From assembly GCA_002256025.1 (NCBI GenBank), contig NKIB01013066.1, positions 1 to 64,000 of the forward strand: a DNA stretch of 64,000 bases. Direction: 5' to 3'. Origin of the DNA: Asterionella formosa. Lineage: Eukaryota. Below are positions 34,219 to 45,336 of the stretch, piece after piece. Position 1 is the stretch's first letter; every line of letters begins with the position of its first letter. The position numbers and the translations under genes were made by a program. The notes under the pieces are model-generated. The model was given only the letters and a program-made list of their open reading frames with translations, did not search any database and was not told the origin of the DNA.

Positions 34219-36464
34219 GATTCGTGGTCAAATATGGAAAAACGAAGTGAATTGGACAGGTTAGAAACAAAGAACAATATGTGGACCCCCAAAGTGAGGA
34301 GAGGAAAGTCAATTAGACATGCCGGCGAGAAGAATCTTCTCTCCAATATGGAAAGCCATTCAATCATTGACGCTTCTCATTATTTGAAGAGCAAAAGGAG
34401 TCTTATGCGTTACGAATTTTAAACCAGACTTGTCCGTTGCGTGGGCCTCATGGAAATCAAGCCCCGCAGGTGCAGGAACTTGAACTATTTATTCATTTCG
34501 TGACTACCGATTATTGAGTATATCTTTAGCACTTCAGGAATGGTAAAAGACTTGTGATGTATGTTTACAATCGATGCGCTTCTGATGACAAGCAAGAGTT
34601 TTGGTTCGCTGATTTGAGGGTCATCGCATGATGCCATTATGATAATGGTGTCATTAGAACGGTATTTATGAGTTTACCGGTACACTCCGTACAGCCATTA
34701 CAAGATTGTACATAGCAATGCCCGCTCCGGCTAGTATCGTTGTCCTTGGATTCTTTTGGATAATCGCCACACTGACTCTGTCTTTACAACTGTCTTGTAA
34801 TTACTATATTACAAATGACTGTCACACTGGGGTTGGTATTTTTGGCTCAAAATAACCTAGCCATCACAACGTAATATTATGTAAAATGATTTTAGAAGTC
34901 TCATGGTTTCACTTAGGGTGGATGGTCCTATGTAAAACTGTCACAGGGGGGAGTAAATAACATTATCAATGTATCCCAAGTTACAATCCTTTCCAATGGA
35001 CATGACATCATCACTGATGCCTGGCTTGCATATCTAAACTAAAGACTAAGTCAAACCCAGTGAATCATCCTTAGATCTCCTTTCCGGGTCCTGCTGCCTT
35101 TGGCTGGCAAATCATTGGCAGGCAGGGCAGTTGGGGGAGGACAATTAGTAGAAGCCTGCTGTCAAGAACTGACAGAACAACGTCAACTGAGCTGAGATAA
35201 TAGAAAAGCACTCTCAAGGTACCTTTCCCATGCATGGAAAGATTTCCCTTGGTCTAAGCTCATAACCCCGGGTTGGTGGGTGGGTGGGAACAAGAAACAA
35301 GCAAGATATCACCACAACTGTGGTCAACCTAGCCTTATCAGTTGCAACATCCACAGCAGTTGTGTGAAAAAATGAGAGCAGATAAAATAAACACTGTGTT
35401 AGTAACACGTATACCAATACATTACATGCAAGTAAATAAAATAGTTGAAGTTAAAATTAGCTTTCACCAATACAACCACTTTGCATATGCTTAGATACAG
35501 GAATTGGTCAACTTGGGGATATGTTCTATCTTCAGATATGGGAGGGACCTCTTTCTGAAAAAAACTGTAGGTATGTATTGTAGATTTGTACTATTACAAA
35601 AATAGTCACAAAAGGGGCTACGAAGCTTTAAAAAAATCTTTGATACATAACTGCAGTTTTTCTCCATAAGTTATAGGGTGTACAGCTATCTTTTTTAATC
35701 TTCATGAAACCCCACAGATGAGCAATCCTCTCCAAAAAGTCGACCTGGTCGGTTTTTTCAAAAGTTGCCAAAATATTGGAATCGGAATTTGTATGTGCGA
35801 AAACGTTCTCGTAGACTTAGAGTCTTGCGTAGGTATGTTTTGCAGCATGATAAAGTGGTGCGAAATGACTCCAGGGTAAGTTCCCGCATCACTACACGTA
35901 TTCTGATTGGTTGAATTGAATATACTCACCTGCTCTAATTTTGGCTGGGGTAGTAGTCAGGTCTTGGAAAATCTCACGTATTAGTTAAATCAGTTCTAGT
36001 TTCATTCTCTCTTCCATCATCATGAACCTAGATTATTTAATACAGATACCGGTTCTCCAGTACTCATTTTTATATATAATGCCTTTGGGCGTAGAGTAAT
36101 GTTGAAACTACAAACAGCAACATAGATTAAATATCAACGTATTAAGGTTCCTGCATTTGAACCCCTTGGCGAAAATCAAAATATTGCTTAGGGTTGTTGC
36201 CGAAATTCCCTGGAGCTAAGAATTTTATGAGTTAATTTTGAATGGCGTGATTCCATTTGAAATATTTAAATCACTGGAAATTTGCGTGTACATACATAGA
36301 TTCCTTTTCGAGTTCAATTTATAAATACATAAACATTCTCCATCGCTCAATGTTTATGAACCCTATCATACAATCAACACATATGTGTCAGACGAGCTGG
36401 CAGCATGGCAAATATTGTTGATGACTACCAGTAGCTAAGAAACCAAAAAAAGCAACAATCAACC

Positions 36465-36925
36465 ATGAGCGAAATTACACATCAAAATGATGACAACGGT
36501 AATGACGAATTTAACTACAGTCATGATAGTTGTGCTACCTGCCAAGACCGGTTGATTGTAGAGTCGTACTATGTGGAGGGATGTGAGGATCGAATCTTCT
36601 GCGAATGCTGCGATTTTTGCTTCTCTGAATGTCAGTGCCCACGGGATGAAGTCGAAGAGTTAGTGGAGAAGTTTCTGGAAGGTGAATCCATTCTTACCAG
36701 GTTGAAGGATGAAGACATTACAGAATGAAAAGCCCGCAATCTTCTGACAAGTTTCTAATCAGATTTTTCAGTGGTCCATTGGGAAAAGGTGTTCGCATGC
36801 AACTTCCTGATTGTTGTATGAAGGGGGTTCGATCACTATTAAAGAACATGGACCCAAACGAAGTGTACCTTGGTTTCAAACCAACTTCCAAACGCTCTAA
36901 ATGTTCTAAATCTATTAGTGATTAG
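36465..36925 (+). pseudogene. KolX-like accessory protein (P2X7 ballast/nanor-like Cys-rich domain), disrupted
   Basis: Cys-rich CECCDFCFSECQC, then TE*KARNLL, a frameshift, and KFLIRFFSGPLGKGVRMQLPDCCMKGVRSLL...VYLGFK, matching the R...Y.......G.LG.G.R..LP.C....IR......Y.GF signature. ORFs 36465-36728 and 36725-36925 are two halves of one gene. Confidence 0.72.
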
Positions 36926-37101
36926 TGTTTTTACGATTTTCATTTATTTCATTAGTAAATCAAGAACCTCAATCCACCTACGTAGTATGTTTCAAAACCT
37001 TCTAGAAGTGAGGTGGCATGAATGAAAAATATTTTTTTTCCACAATCTAAAGAATCAACCAGCCATAAAAAGCAGCAACACCAACTATTATAAGACAAAT
37101 C

Positions 37102-38784
37102 ATGCCACGTTCCAGTGGTAGCCGTCTCATTTCCGAAATTGTTGTTGGTGGTCAGGAGGACAAAATACAGCGTCAGATGAAAATCAAAATTGGTGGACCT
37201 CTAAGATGCCTTTTTGTCCCCCTACAACAACCACTTCACCAGCCAATTGAACTAGCAATCACATCGTCACCAATTAAAACAGACTGCTCTTAACTGAACA
37301 TGAATCATATAATTGACTATAATACATTATCGAAATTTCTGCAGGAAGATATGGTGTATTGCAAAAGTTGTGTTAATAAATTTGTAAAAGAGTATTGCAA
37401 ACAATCACTTCGTGACTTTGTAACTTACTTTACATCAAATAGACAACAAGCTGTCCATTGTTGAACAGCAATGTGAAGCATTTCTGGAGCAGGATGTGTT
37501 TGACTTTCCGATTTCAACAATGAAACAACCGTTGATTGTTGTCTCTACCAAAAAGTATGGCTTGGCAAGTGAATTTAAAGTCTCTTGCTTGACCTGCTGT
37601 CAGAAACAGATTTCTAAACTCGAACCTGCAAGAAGCAACAGCAATGGAGACAGAAATGATGAGATAAGAAATAACGCAATAGAAGCAAAACACTTTTCTA
37701 TCAACAAACAGTTTATTTTGGGTTGTCATGAAGCCGGAATGGGACCAGCAGATGGAGAGATCATCTGCTCCGCAATTAATCTTCCACTTAACTTTGGATT
37801 TTGGTCTACGCAAGGTAACTTTGGTGCAGTAGAGGAACTGGTAGGAAACTCTGAAGTTACTGCAACTGCTCTTGCAATGAAAGAGGCGTGTCAGGAGGAA
37901 ATATATGTCACTATGGCGCTTGGATTAAAATACCCGGAACCTCTCTCTGGCCGAATTCAGTATTTCCTCCAAGGCACCAATCAACCATTTATTTGGCTGC
38001 ACGATTACTGCTCTGAGACATGGTGCCCAGTAAAAGCAGGAAAAATGGTTAGTAACGGAAAATATCATGACAAGGAAAAGGAAAAAGATTTATACGGAAG
38101 GTTAATGGTGCATGTTGCAACTAAAGTCGAAGGCGAAAAGCTACTGTCATTGCATCGCTCATCCCTTTGACATGCAGATTAATGAGGCATTGAACAATGC
38201 AGTGTCGCGACAATGTCCAAAAAACAAGGTGTTTGCGGGATCTGGAGGCCTTCAATATCGAGTGGCTTCGGTTGCTGGGTGAGACACACAAGGAGCAACA
38301 CAATTCACAAGGAATGTATACAAGCCATGTGGAATGCAGATGTCAGCACTGCAAGAATCCTTCTGGAGACAAAAAGAAAAGCAATGAGGAAGTGACGATG
38401 GAGCCTATAAAGCACAATTCAAATGAAAGAGGAAATGAAGCGAAAAAATACATGCAGTACGATTCGAAACAGTCAAAAAGGAAAGGCAAGACAACAAATC
38501 AGGTAAGACTTACGGTTCTGGTGTTGCGCTCAGAAGAAGGGAACATCAGGAAACAAGAAGGATAGGAACAAATGGCTGGTGTCTGCAATCATTGTGGCCG
38601 CAATGATCATCAAAGGAAAAGCAGCGCACTCTGTCAATTCAATGTAGTACTGGTAGGCAAAGTGCCTGATCATACTGGTATGCTTATGATCAATGATGAT
38701 CAGCTACCTACTACTGTGGATATTTTACCCCAAGAAAATGTTACATGTGCATCCAGTGTGGCCAGCTTTTTTCAGCATAGTTAA
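37102..38784 (+). pseudogene. Decayed Kolobok-type transposase lacking a recognisable DDE core
   Basis: YCKSC, YGLASEFKVSCLTC, FSINKQFILGCHEAGMGPADGEIICSAINLP, HDYCSETWCPVK and a terminal CNHCGRNDHQRKSSALC knuckle, split by stops and frameshifts. Confidence 0.75.
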
Positions 38785-39493
38785 CAAACCGAAGTTCCTT
38801 TCTGCAGTTTCTCACCAGATCCTATATCCTGACGATATACAGCGTTGACCTATACCCCTAATTTTTTAGAAGACTGTTTCTAAGCATATGGAAAGGGTGT
38901 ATATTGGTGAAAGCTCCGTTTAGCGATATACATTTACATTTTTCTCGTAAGAAGTGTGAGTCTGACTACTCTGACTCAATATTATTTTTTTAACCCTACC
39001 TCGAGCTAGGGGTTCAAATGGAGGAACCTTAACACGAACCTTGTCAACCCTAGTCTGGAGTAAAACATTGCTAGGGTTGTAAAATCGACGTGGAACAAGG
39101 AGTTTGTCGCTGTGAATTAACGGAAGCAAATGGCAGAATGAGCAAAACAGATTGGTCTCAATATTTTAGCGTAAATCAGATTATAGCTAAAATATGTTGG
39201 AACAACAAGCCGGCCGGGTTGGTTTATTATAAACGGATATCAAAAAGAGACACATGTATAAGTATGGAATTGGAATCAGTATTGCCTGTACGAAGTCGTA
39301 TGTGGAACACGTGGCAAAATTACCGCAACTTTCAGTTACCTATGATGGTACCAGGTACTTCCAGAATACTACATGATGCATAATTCTCATTCTCACATGA
39401 TACCCGCCATAAATCATATGGACGCAATTCGCTGTTTTTCTTCGCAGGGACGAGAGATACATCATATCTTCCACCTTCCTTGACACAATTAGA

Positions 39494-40930
39494 ATGAAGG
39501 AGACTAGCAAGTTTGCCATGATGCCAGAGAAGAGAATCGTGGTAGCTGCACCTAGGTGGAGGACCACCTTCGTGCTTTTGATTCTGGCTTTGACCTACGC
39601 GATGTCTGGTGCTTCGTCGCACATCCCACAGTCATCGAACCTCTCGAGAACACGTCGCAGAAGAAGCAACACCAAAGATAGAACTTTGCCGAAATCGTCG
39701 TCATCAATTCATAAACAAAAGAAAGGGAGAAAGCGGCGAAAGAAGCGCAAACCCACTGTACGTGATCCTGTGTTGGTTGATACCGAAGACGTTTTCTCCG
39801 ATTTTGTTGCTCTCGATTTTGAACAAGACGAAAATGAAGAGCGCATTTTGTCGGCGCTGGATAAACTCACCAAGGAAGATAGCGATGAATTGAGAACTTA
39901 CTCAGATGTTTCATTGAGAAAGGAGCACTCAAATTGTCAACCTTCCAAACCTGCTACTGCTACTTTTGTGCAACACAAGGAGCCTTCCAGTAGTTTGACG
40001 CCAAATGCCAATGAAACAGTCAATGCAACTCCACAGAAACAACAGCAAGAGCAGTGGATAAGTGACAATAGAAAAATTGTCAATGAACCGCGACAACGGT
40101 CCGCATTTTTGCCTACATCCTACACTCGTCCTCAGCCGCATACTTCAGGTCCTACACAATTACAACAAGTCTACAAAGGCTCCGCTCAATTTATTCACCC
40201 TTCTCAAGCGGCTTCTGTACAACAACAAAACCCGATTGGCCCTCAAACTGTTTCCCTCTTCCCACCCACTACTCCTTGGATTCGCAAATTTCTATCATCC
40301 CGTCCAAAAGATTCCCTCTTGCCTATTCCCCGAGAATATCTCGCCGACGGATTTAACCTCGTACAACTCCCACTCATTGTAGAAATCGTTGGCCTTGGAA
40401 CTACCAATATACCGACAACCACTGCATTTCCACTCTACAAGGCTGCCCTTCGCTTGATTCTTCAAGAACACGAAGAACCAACACAAGTCCCCCCTGATGT
40501 CCAACGAGCTGCAGAATGCCTCTACATTTTGGTACATGCCCGATACATTATTTCGCCTCGTGGTCTTGAGACTGTCCGTCGCGTGTTGAGAGAGCAGCCC
40601 ATCTTTGGCCGGTGCCCTCGTACGACATGTCGTGGTATGCCTGTTTTGCCGTACTGCGAGACATCGGACTATGAAATGTGCATGGCCAAGTCATATTGTT
40701 GCAACTGTGGAGAAACATTTACGAATTGGGACTCCAAAACAGATGGTGCTGCATGGGGTCCTTCCTTTTGTAACCTTTTACTCATGACATATGGGAAGGA
40801 ATTCATGCAAGACTTGTATCGCTTACAAATCCCGCCGTCGTCCGTGGAAGAAAACTTGGTAACGCCGAGCATTTTTGGTTTCAAAGTTCACGCTGCATCC
40901 ATCTTGGCGAGACAGCCAGATGTGTTTTGA
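39494..40930 (+). CDS. Casein kinase II beta (regulatory)-like protein with long N-terminal extension and signal-peptide-like segment
   Basis: C-terminal half WIRKFL...YLADGFNL...LYILVHARYIISPRGL...FGRCPRTTC...YCCNC...DGAAWGPSF...PSIFGFKVH is a CK2-beta domain. Confidence 0.88.
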   Translation: MKETSKFAMMPEKRIVVAAPRWRTTFVLLILALTYAMSGASSHIPQSSNLSRTRRRRSNTKDRTLPKSSSSIHKQKKGRKRRKKRKPTVRDPVLVDTEDVFSDFVALDFEQDENEERILSALDKLTKEDSDELRTYSDVSLRKEHSNCQPSKPATATFVQHKEPSSSLTPNANETVNATPQKQQQEQWISDNRKIVNEPRQRSAFLPTSYTRPQPHTSGPTQLQQVYKGSAQFIHPSQAASVQQQNPIGPQTVSLFPPTTPWIRKFLSSRPKDSLLPIPREYLADGFNLVQLPLIVEIVGLGTTNIPTTTAFPLYKAALRLILQEHEEPTQVPPDVQRAAECLYILVHARYIISPRGLETVRRVLREQPIFGRCPRTTCRGMPVLPYCETSDYEMCMAKSYCCNCGETFTNWDSKTDGAAWGPSFCNLLLMTYGKEFMQDLYRLQIPPSSVEENLVTPSIFGFKVHAASILARQPDVF

Positions 40931-41028
40931 TGCAGTACGTTTGTTGAATTAGCTTAGCTTTGTTTATAATAAATAATTCATTTTGTATCCTAGCTTTCGC
41001 CGCATCATTTCGTGAACTTTATTTCCAA

Positions 41029-42807
41029 TTATTCACTACCGTCATTTTCTTCATCGTCGTCAGATGCATCACTGACATAACTTGCTCTCTTGAGCACAAT
41101 TCGATTTGGATTTAAAGATGCAAACTGCCCGTCGTCCCAATCGTCGTAGTCATTGCTGTGCTCATCACTTGTCTTGTTCTCCATTGCCGTTTCTCTAGTG
41201 ACCTTTTTGCGTTTGCTCCTTTTGCCCCCTCCTTCACTTTGTCCCGCCAGCTCCAGAAGGTTTGGATCAATCCAAGCTTTATTATCTTGCAAAAGCGTCA
41301 GCACATCATTGGCCATAGGTTCCATTTCTCGGGTAAAGAAGGAATATACCGTAGATGCTTTGTTCATTTTTGATTGTTCGGATCCCGTCACTTGATTTCG
41401 TCCAGCGCGGCCACATCTATGCACGTATTGTTCCAACGAGGTGGGGAAGTCATAATTGATGACATATAGTACATTGTTAACGTGTATTCCACGGGCAGCA
41501 ATATCAGATGCCAGAAGGGTATCAATTTTGCCAGCCCTGAAGTTGTTGAGGGTTCGTTCTCGCGCTTCTTGTTTCATTTGCGAGTGGAGTTCTGCGCAAA
41601 CAATTCCTTCCTTGGCAAGTAATTTGTTCATGTATTGGAGGGTCTTGATGCGGGAGAAAAAGACGAGACAAAGACCTCGCTGGCGAGATCCCAAATCATC
41701 TTTGCGAATCTTGGCTATTGTAGAAAGCAACTTCTTCGGCTTTTTATGAGCGGAGCATACATGAAGTATTTGTGTAACGTGAGCGGGTACTTGGGCCGTT
41801 TCTATACTTTGTCGAGGTCGCTTTGTAGGCTTAGAATCTTCCTTCTCTTCTGCTGCATCGCCGTTATGTTCTGCTGCACTAGATTCCGCCAGAGCTATGA
41901 CTCCTTCCTCGACTGTTTCATCTTTCCCTACTGTCATGGTATCGACCTTGATGATTGCTGTTGGTTTATGTATCCAATCCCTCCACTTTTCCCTTACACT
42001 TCTTGGCATAGTTGCCGAATACAAACATACCCTTGGTTTCTTGTCAATGAAGTTAAATATCTGATCCACTTGCCGTGCCATGTCCAAGTTGGACGCCATG
42101 CGATCAGCTTCATCGAGAACAATCATTTGGATGTTCTGTAGCTGCCCCGTACAATCCTTCCACAAATCCACTAATCTTCCAGGCGTGGCAGTCACTATTT
42201 TTGGCTTGTGCTTGGTATTGTCCAAGAGAGCATCCAATTGTGCGCTCCGGTCTACGCCACCGTAAATGGTCAATACTTGAACATGCTTGACAGCATGCTT
42301 GATTTCCCTTTCCACTTGCTGTGCTAGTTCACGCGTCGGTACCAATACCAGCCCATACACCCCTTTGAATCCCTTTTGCGGTGCCAGCACCGCCATGCCT
42401 AATCCGTATGCAAGGGTCTTTCCAGACCCCGTCGCCGCGATACCGATCAAATCTAATTTGGAATGGCAGAAAATGGGCCAGGACTGGAGTTGAATGGACG
42501 TGGGAGTCAACTTTTGAGCATTAGCAGTCTTTGACTTTCTTGCTTCCACTCGTTTCCAACAAGTTTGTAGTACTGAGATACGATCGTCCTTCGTCTCTTG
42601 TTGTAGTATTGTTGCGTCAAAGGCTGCTGGTATACTATTACTTGCGTCGTCGAGAGTCACGGTTTCTGTTTCGCTTTCGACAACAGTTCGTTTTGGTTCT
42701 GTGCAGGCGACTAATGGTACTATTAACGCTTCTCCTTCCTCTCCCTTGCCATCACACAACGCAGCTTCCTTGCGCTGAGTGCGTCTCCGCTTTCCTCGTT
42801 TTCCCAT
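41029..42807 (-). CDS. DEAD-box RNA helicase
   Basis: Motifs PTSIQ (Q), ATGSGKT, PTRELA, TPGRL, DEAD, SAT, ARGI and HRCGRAGR. Confidence 0.95.
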   Translation of the reverse strand: MGKRGKRRRTQRKEAALCDGKGEEGEALIVPLVACTEPKRTVVESETETVTLDDASNSIPAAFDATILQQETKDDRISVLQTCWKRVEARKSKTANAQKLTPTSIQLQSWPIFCHSKLDLIGIAATGSGKTLAYGLGMAVLAPQKGFKGVYGLVLVPTRELAQQVEREIKHAVKHVQVLTIYGGVDRSAQLDALLDNTKHKPKIVTATPGRLVDLWKDCTGQLQNIQMIVLDEADRMASNLDMARQVDQIFNFIDKKPRVCLYSATMPRSVREKWRDWIHKPTAIIKVDTMTVGKDETVEEGVIALAESSAAEHNGDAAEEKEDSKPTKRPRQSIETAQVPAHVTQILHVCSAHKKPKKLLSTIAKIRKDDLGSRQRGLCLVFFSRIKTLQYMNKLLAKEGIVCAELHSQMKQEARERTLNNFRAGKIDTLLASDIAARGIHVNNVLYVINYDFPTSLEQYVHRCGRAGRNQVTGSEQSKMNKASTVYSFFTREMEPMANDVLTLLQDNKAWIDPNLLELAGQSEGGGKRSKRKKVTRETAMENKTSDEHSNDYDDWDDGQFASLNPNRIVLKRASYVSDASDDDEENDGSE

Positions 42808-42937
42808 GCTATTTCTAGATTCGTTTGTGAGTTGTTGAAAAAGAAATTAATACCAGTATATCATAGGAACTGGTCCGAGGGCCATCATAAAAGAGTTTTT
42901 TTGCTGGACGCCAGAGCAATGAGGGTGAAAGAAATAC

Positions 42938-43288
42938 GGTACCTGGTATCTGGTACCTGGTGCCTGGCACGTTACAAGGTACCTGGTACTATATATACGC
43001 AACGTAATACATGCACAGGCAAGAATACCGGTAGTGTCATATTTTCCTTTACAAAAATTGACGGAGGGGTGGTTTGAAGTGGCCGACTGAAATGACAAAA
43101 ACATTTCTACATGTAAATAGTCTACCGGTACCAGTAGCTAATGTATACTTACACTGGTATATGCATAACGATGACTTAGTATCGGGGTTATCGCTCACAT
43201 AATAGTTATTAGGAGTACCCCTGGTACCAGGTACCTTGTACAGTGTGTACGGTATGGGTTTACAGCACCGGTACATATTTACCAGTAT
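42938..43288. repeat. GGTACC/TACCAGG/TACCGG cluster in a divergent promoter
   Basis: GGTACCTGGTATCTGGTACCTGG, GGTACCTGGTAC, TACCGGTACCAG and CCTGGTACCAGGTACC between the helicase and flavoprotein starts. Confidence 0.85.
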
Positions 43289-43450
43289 GCATACCTTCGG
43301 CACTCCATTTTCTCCACGATCCTATGAAAATGAAATGATGTGTCGGCATCCGGTGTGGGGACAAGAATCCCCGGTATTTATTTTCGTTCGTTTCATTCCA
43401 TGATATATAGCTAAAGAGCAAAACAAAATTACAGCACCTACCTTCATATC

Positions 43451-44890
43451 ATGTCACCTAGTTCAACGACGACGGTCGCATCACTGCTCTATACAATGGT
43501 TGTATTGGTCTCTCATGTCGGGGGCTTTACTAATACGCTTCTAAATCAAAACTCGAAATCGAGTTCTGCACTATTACTAAAAATGACAAAGAAGCAAACA
43601 GTTGCCGTGATTGGTGGAGGCATTGCTGGTCTCTCGTGCGCCACCGCCTTGCAGAAGAGTGGCAACTATAGTACCGTCACAGTATTTGATACAGGTCGTC
43701 TCCGACCAGGGGGGCGCTGTTCGTCGAGACTGCCTAGTGACAAGGCCAAAGAGGATGCTATCAACTACAAGCTGCTGTCCAACACTGCAATTGTAGATCA
43801 CGCTGCTCAGATTTTGACAGTTCCGCCGGGATTTACGCATTTCGCACAACAAGTCAAAGAATGGGAAGCACAAGGGATAGTGAAACAGTTTGAACAAGAG
43901 ACTGTCTTTGAGATAGCATGCCAAGATCCAGTGTTTCGGTTGCGCGCTTTGAATGATGGACCAAACGTTCGCATGTTTCACGGGGTCAACGGCATGGGGG
44001 CCATTCCATTGACCATGTCAAAAGGGATTAATATACAACAAGATGTGTGGGTGTCACCCAGTAACGGGGTAAAGTACGGATCTAATCAGTGGAAGGTACA
44101 AGGCAATGGGAAGGTACTAGGAATGTTTGACAAACTTGTCATTGCGCATAATGGCAAGTGTGCTGATCGACTCATGAGTCAAACGCCAGCCACAGAGTTG
44201 CACAAGCTGCTGCAAGTGAACTTTTCACCTGAGGTACCACCGTGGGGTGGCAAGAAAATGACTCTCAATAGTATCTACTCTCTCACATTTGCACTAAACA
44301 AAAAGGGGTCGCCATTATCGCAAGCTCTGGACAACGAAAAGTTTATCTGTGGGTTTGTAAAGAATCAGCCAAATTTGAGGTTTCTTTCGTGCAATACAAG
44401 AAAATACTATCCACAAGAACGTGACGATATTGAGATCTGGACTGTCTTATCATCGGCAAAGTTTGCTAAAAAGTACAAGGGTCCACAGGAAAATCTTCCT
44501 GATTCAGTTGTGGAAGAAGTGATTGGGTTGTTGCTGACATCACTAGAACAGTCCTTGAACCTTTTGGAAGGAACCCTAAGAGGTCCTATAGAAAGTTCTG
44601 CTGGAACAGGAATCATACTGGAGCATCGATTGCAACTTTGGGGAGCTGGCGTTCCCTTGAATACATGGAAGGCATCAGGTGATGGTGCATCAGGTTTTCT
44701 CTATGATGCAGAACATGGAGTTGGAACATGTGGTGATTGGTTGCTGGATCCATCCATCGCTGGAGCCTGGGAAAGTGGAAGACGTCTAGCTGAATACATG
44801 AATTCAAACCCCCAGGCAAATGTCGGATTAGAGGGTCGATTTATAGCATCCAAGGAGGTTGGTAAGGTTGGCATTGGGTCCCTGAAATAA
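43451..44890 (+). CDS. Renalase-like FAD/NAD(P)-dependent oxidoreductase, probably plastid-targeted
   Basis: VAVIGGGIAGL Rossmann motif, GGRCSSR, DHAAQ, and CGDW...SIAGAWESG. Hydrophobic N-terminus ending VGG-FT followed by an S/K-rich transit-like stretch. Confidence 0.85.
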   Translation: MSPSSTTTVASLLYTMVVLVSHVGGFTNTLLNQNSKSSSALLLKMTKKQTVAVIGGGIAGLSCATALQKSGNYSTVTVFDTGRLRPGGRCSSRLPSDKAKEDAINYKLLSNTAIVDHAAQILTVPPGFTHFAQQVKEWEAQGIVKQFEQETVFEIACQDPVFRLRALNDGPNVRMFHGVNGMGAIPLTMSKGINIQQDVWVSPSNGVKYGSNQWKVQGNGKVLGMFDKLVIAHNGKCADRLMSQTPATELHKLLQVNFSPEVPPWGGKKMTLNSIYSLTFALNKKGSPLSQALDNEKFICGFVKNQPNLRFLSCNTRKYYPQERDDIEIWTVLSSAKFAKKYKGPQENLPDSVVEEVIGLLLTSLEQSLNLLEGTLRGPIESSAGTGIILEHRLQLWGAGVPLNTWKASGDGASGFLYDAEHGVGTCGDWLLDPSIAGAWESGRRLAEYMNSNPQANVGLEGRFIASKEVGKVGIGSLK

Positions 44891-45336
44891 AAGATGACTT
44901 ACTGGAGTAGTGCATACTTTGTCATCGTTACCTTATCTCATTTTTATCTGAGATTTATCTTTTTGGGGGCAATGGAAAATTATTATTCATCAATAATTAT
45001 CGCAGTAGATGTAGGCCATGGATATCAGTCATGAATCTCGTTCTACTCAAGCTTCATGAGTACATTTTCTTGTGGCTAATTACATCAAAGTCGCTGGAAG
45101 GACCATCATCAATGCTGGTAGAACTTGCACTTCTCATTATAACTAAGAAATAAGTGATATGCAATGTCAATCTATATTTTAACAAGTACATGAATTGCTG
45201 TTCCCAGTGTGGCTTCTCAAGCAGTTTACCATTTATGAAATAATGCTTACAATGAAATGGGTGCAATGAATCTTTAGCAAAGTATAACTTTTCAGAAAGT
45301 CATCATTTGAATAAGCCATGTTGGGGTCACCAATAT

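Larger units (their letters stand above)
36146..39028 (+). mobile_element. Kolobok-superfamily DNA transposon, internally deleted/decayed
   Basis: TTAA at 36142-36145 and 39029-39032. TIRs GGTTCCT(G/C)CATTTGAACCCCT (36146-36166 vs 39008-39028) are 20/21 identical with 5'-GG termini. Internal decayed transposase and KolX-like ORFs. Confidence 0.85.

Noticed and set aside
36142..39032. piggyBac assignment because of TTAA
   Set aside because: piggyBac ends start CC(Y); these start GG, and the protein motifs are Kolobok-type.
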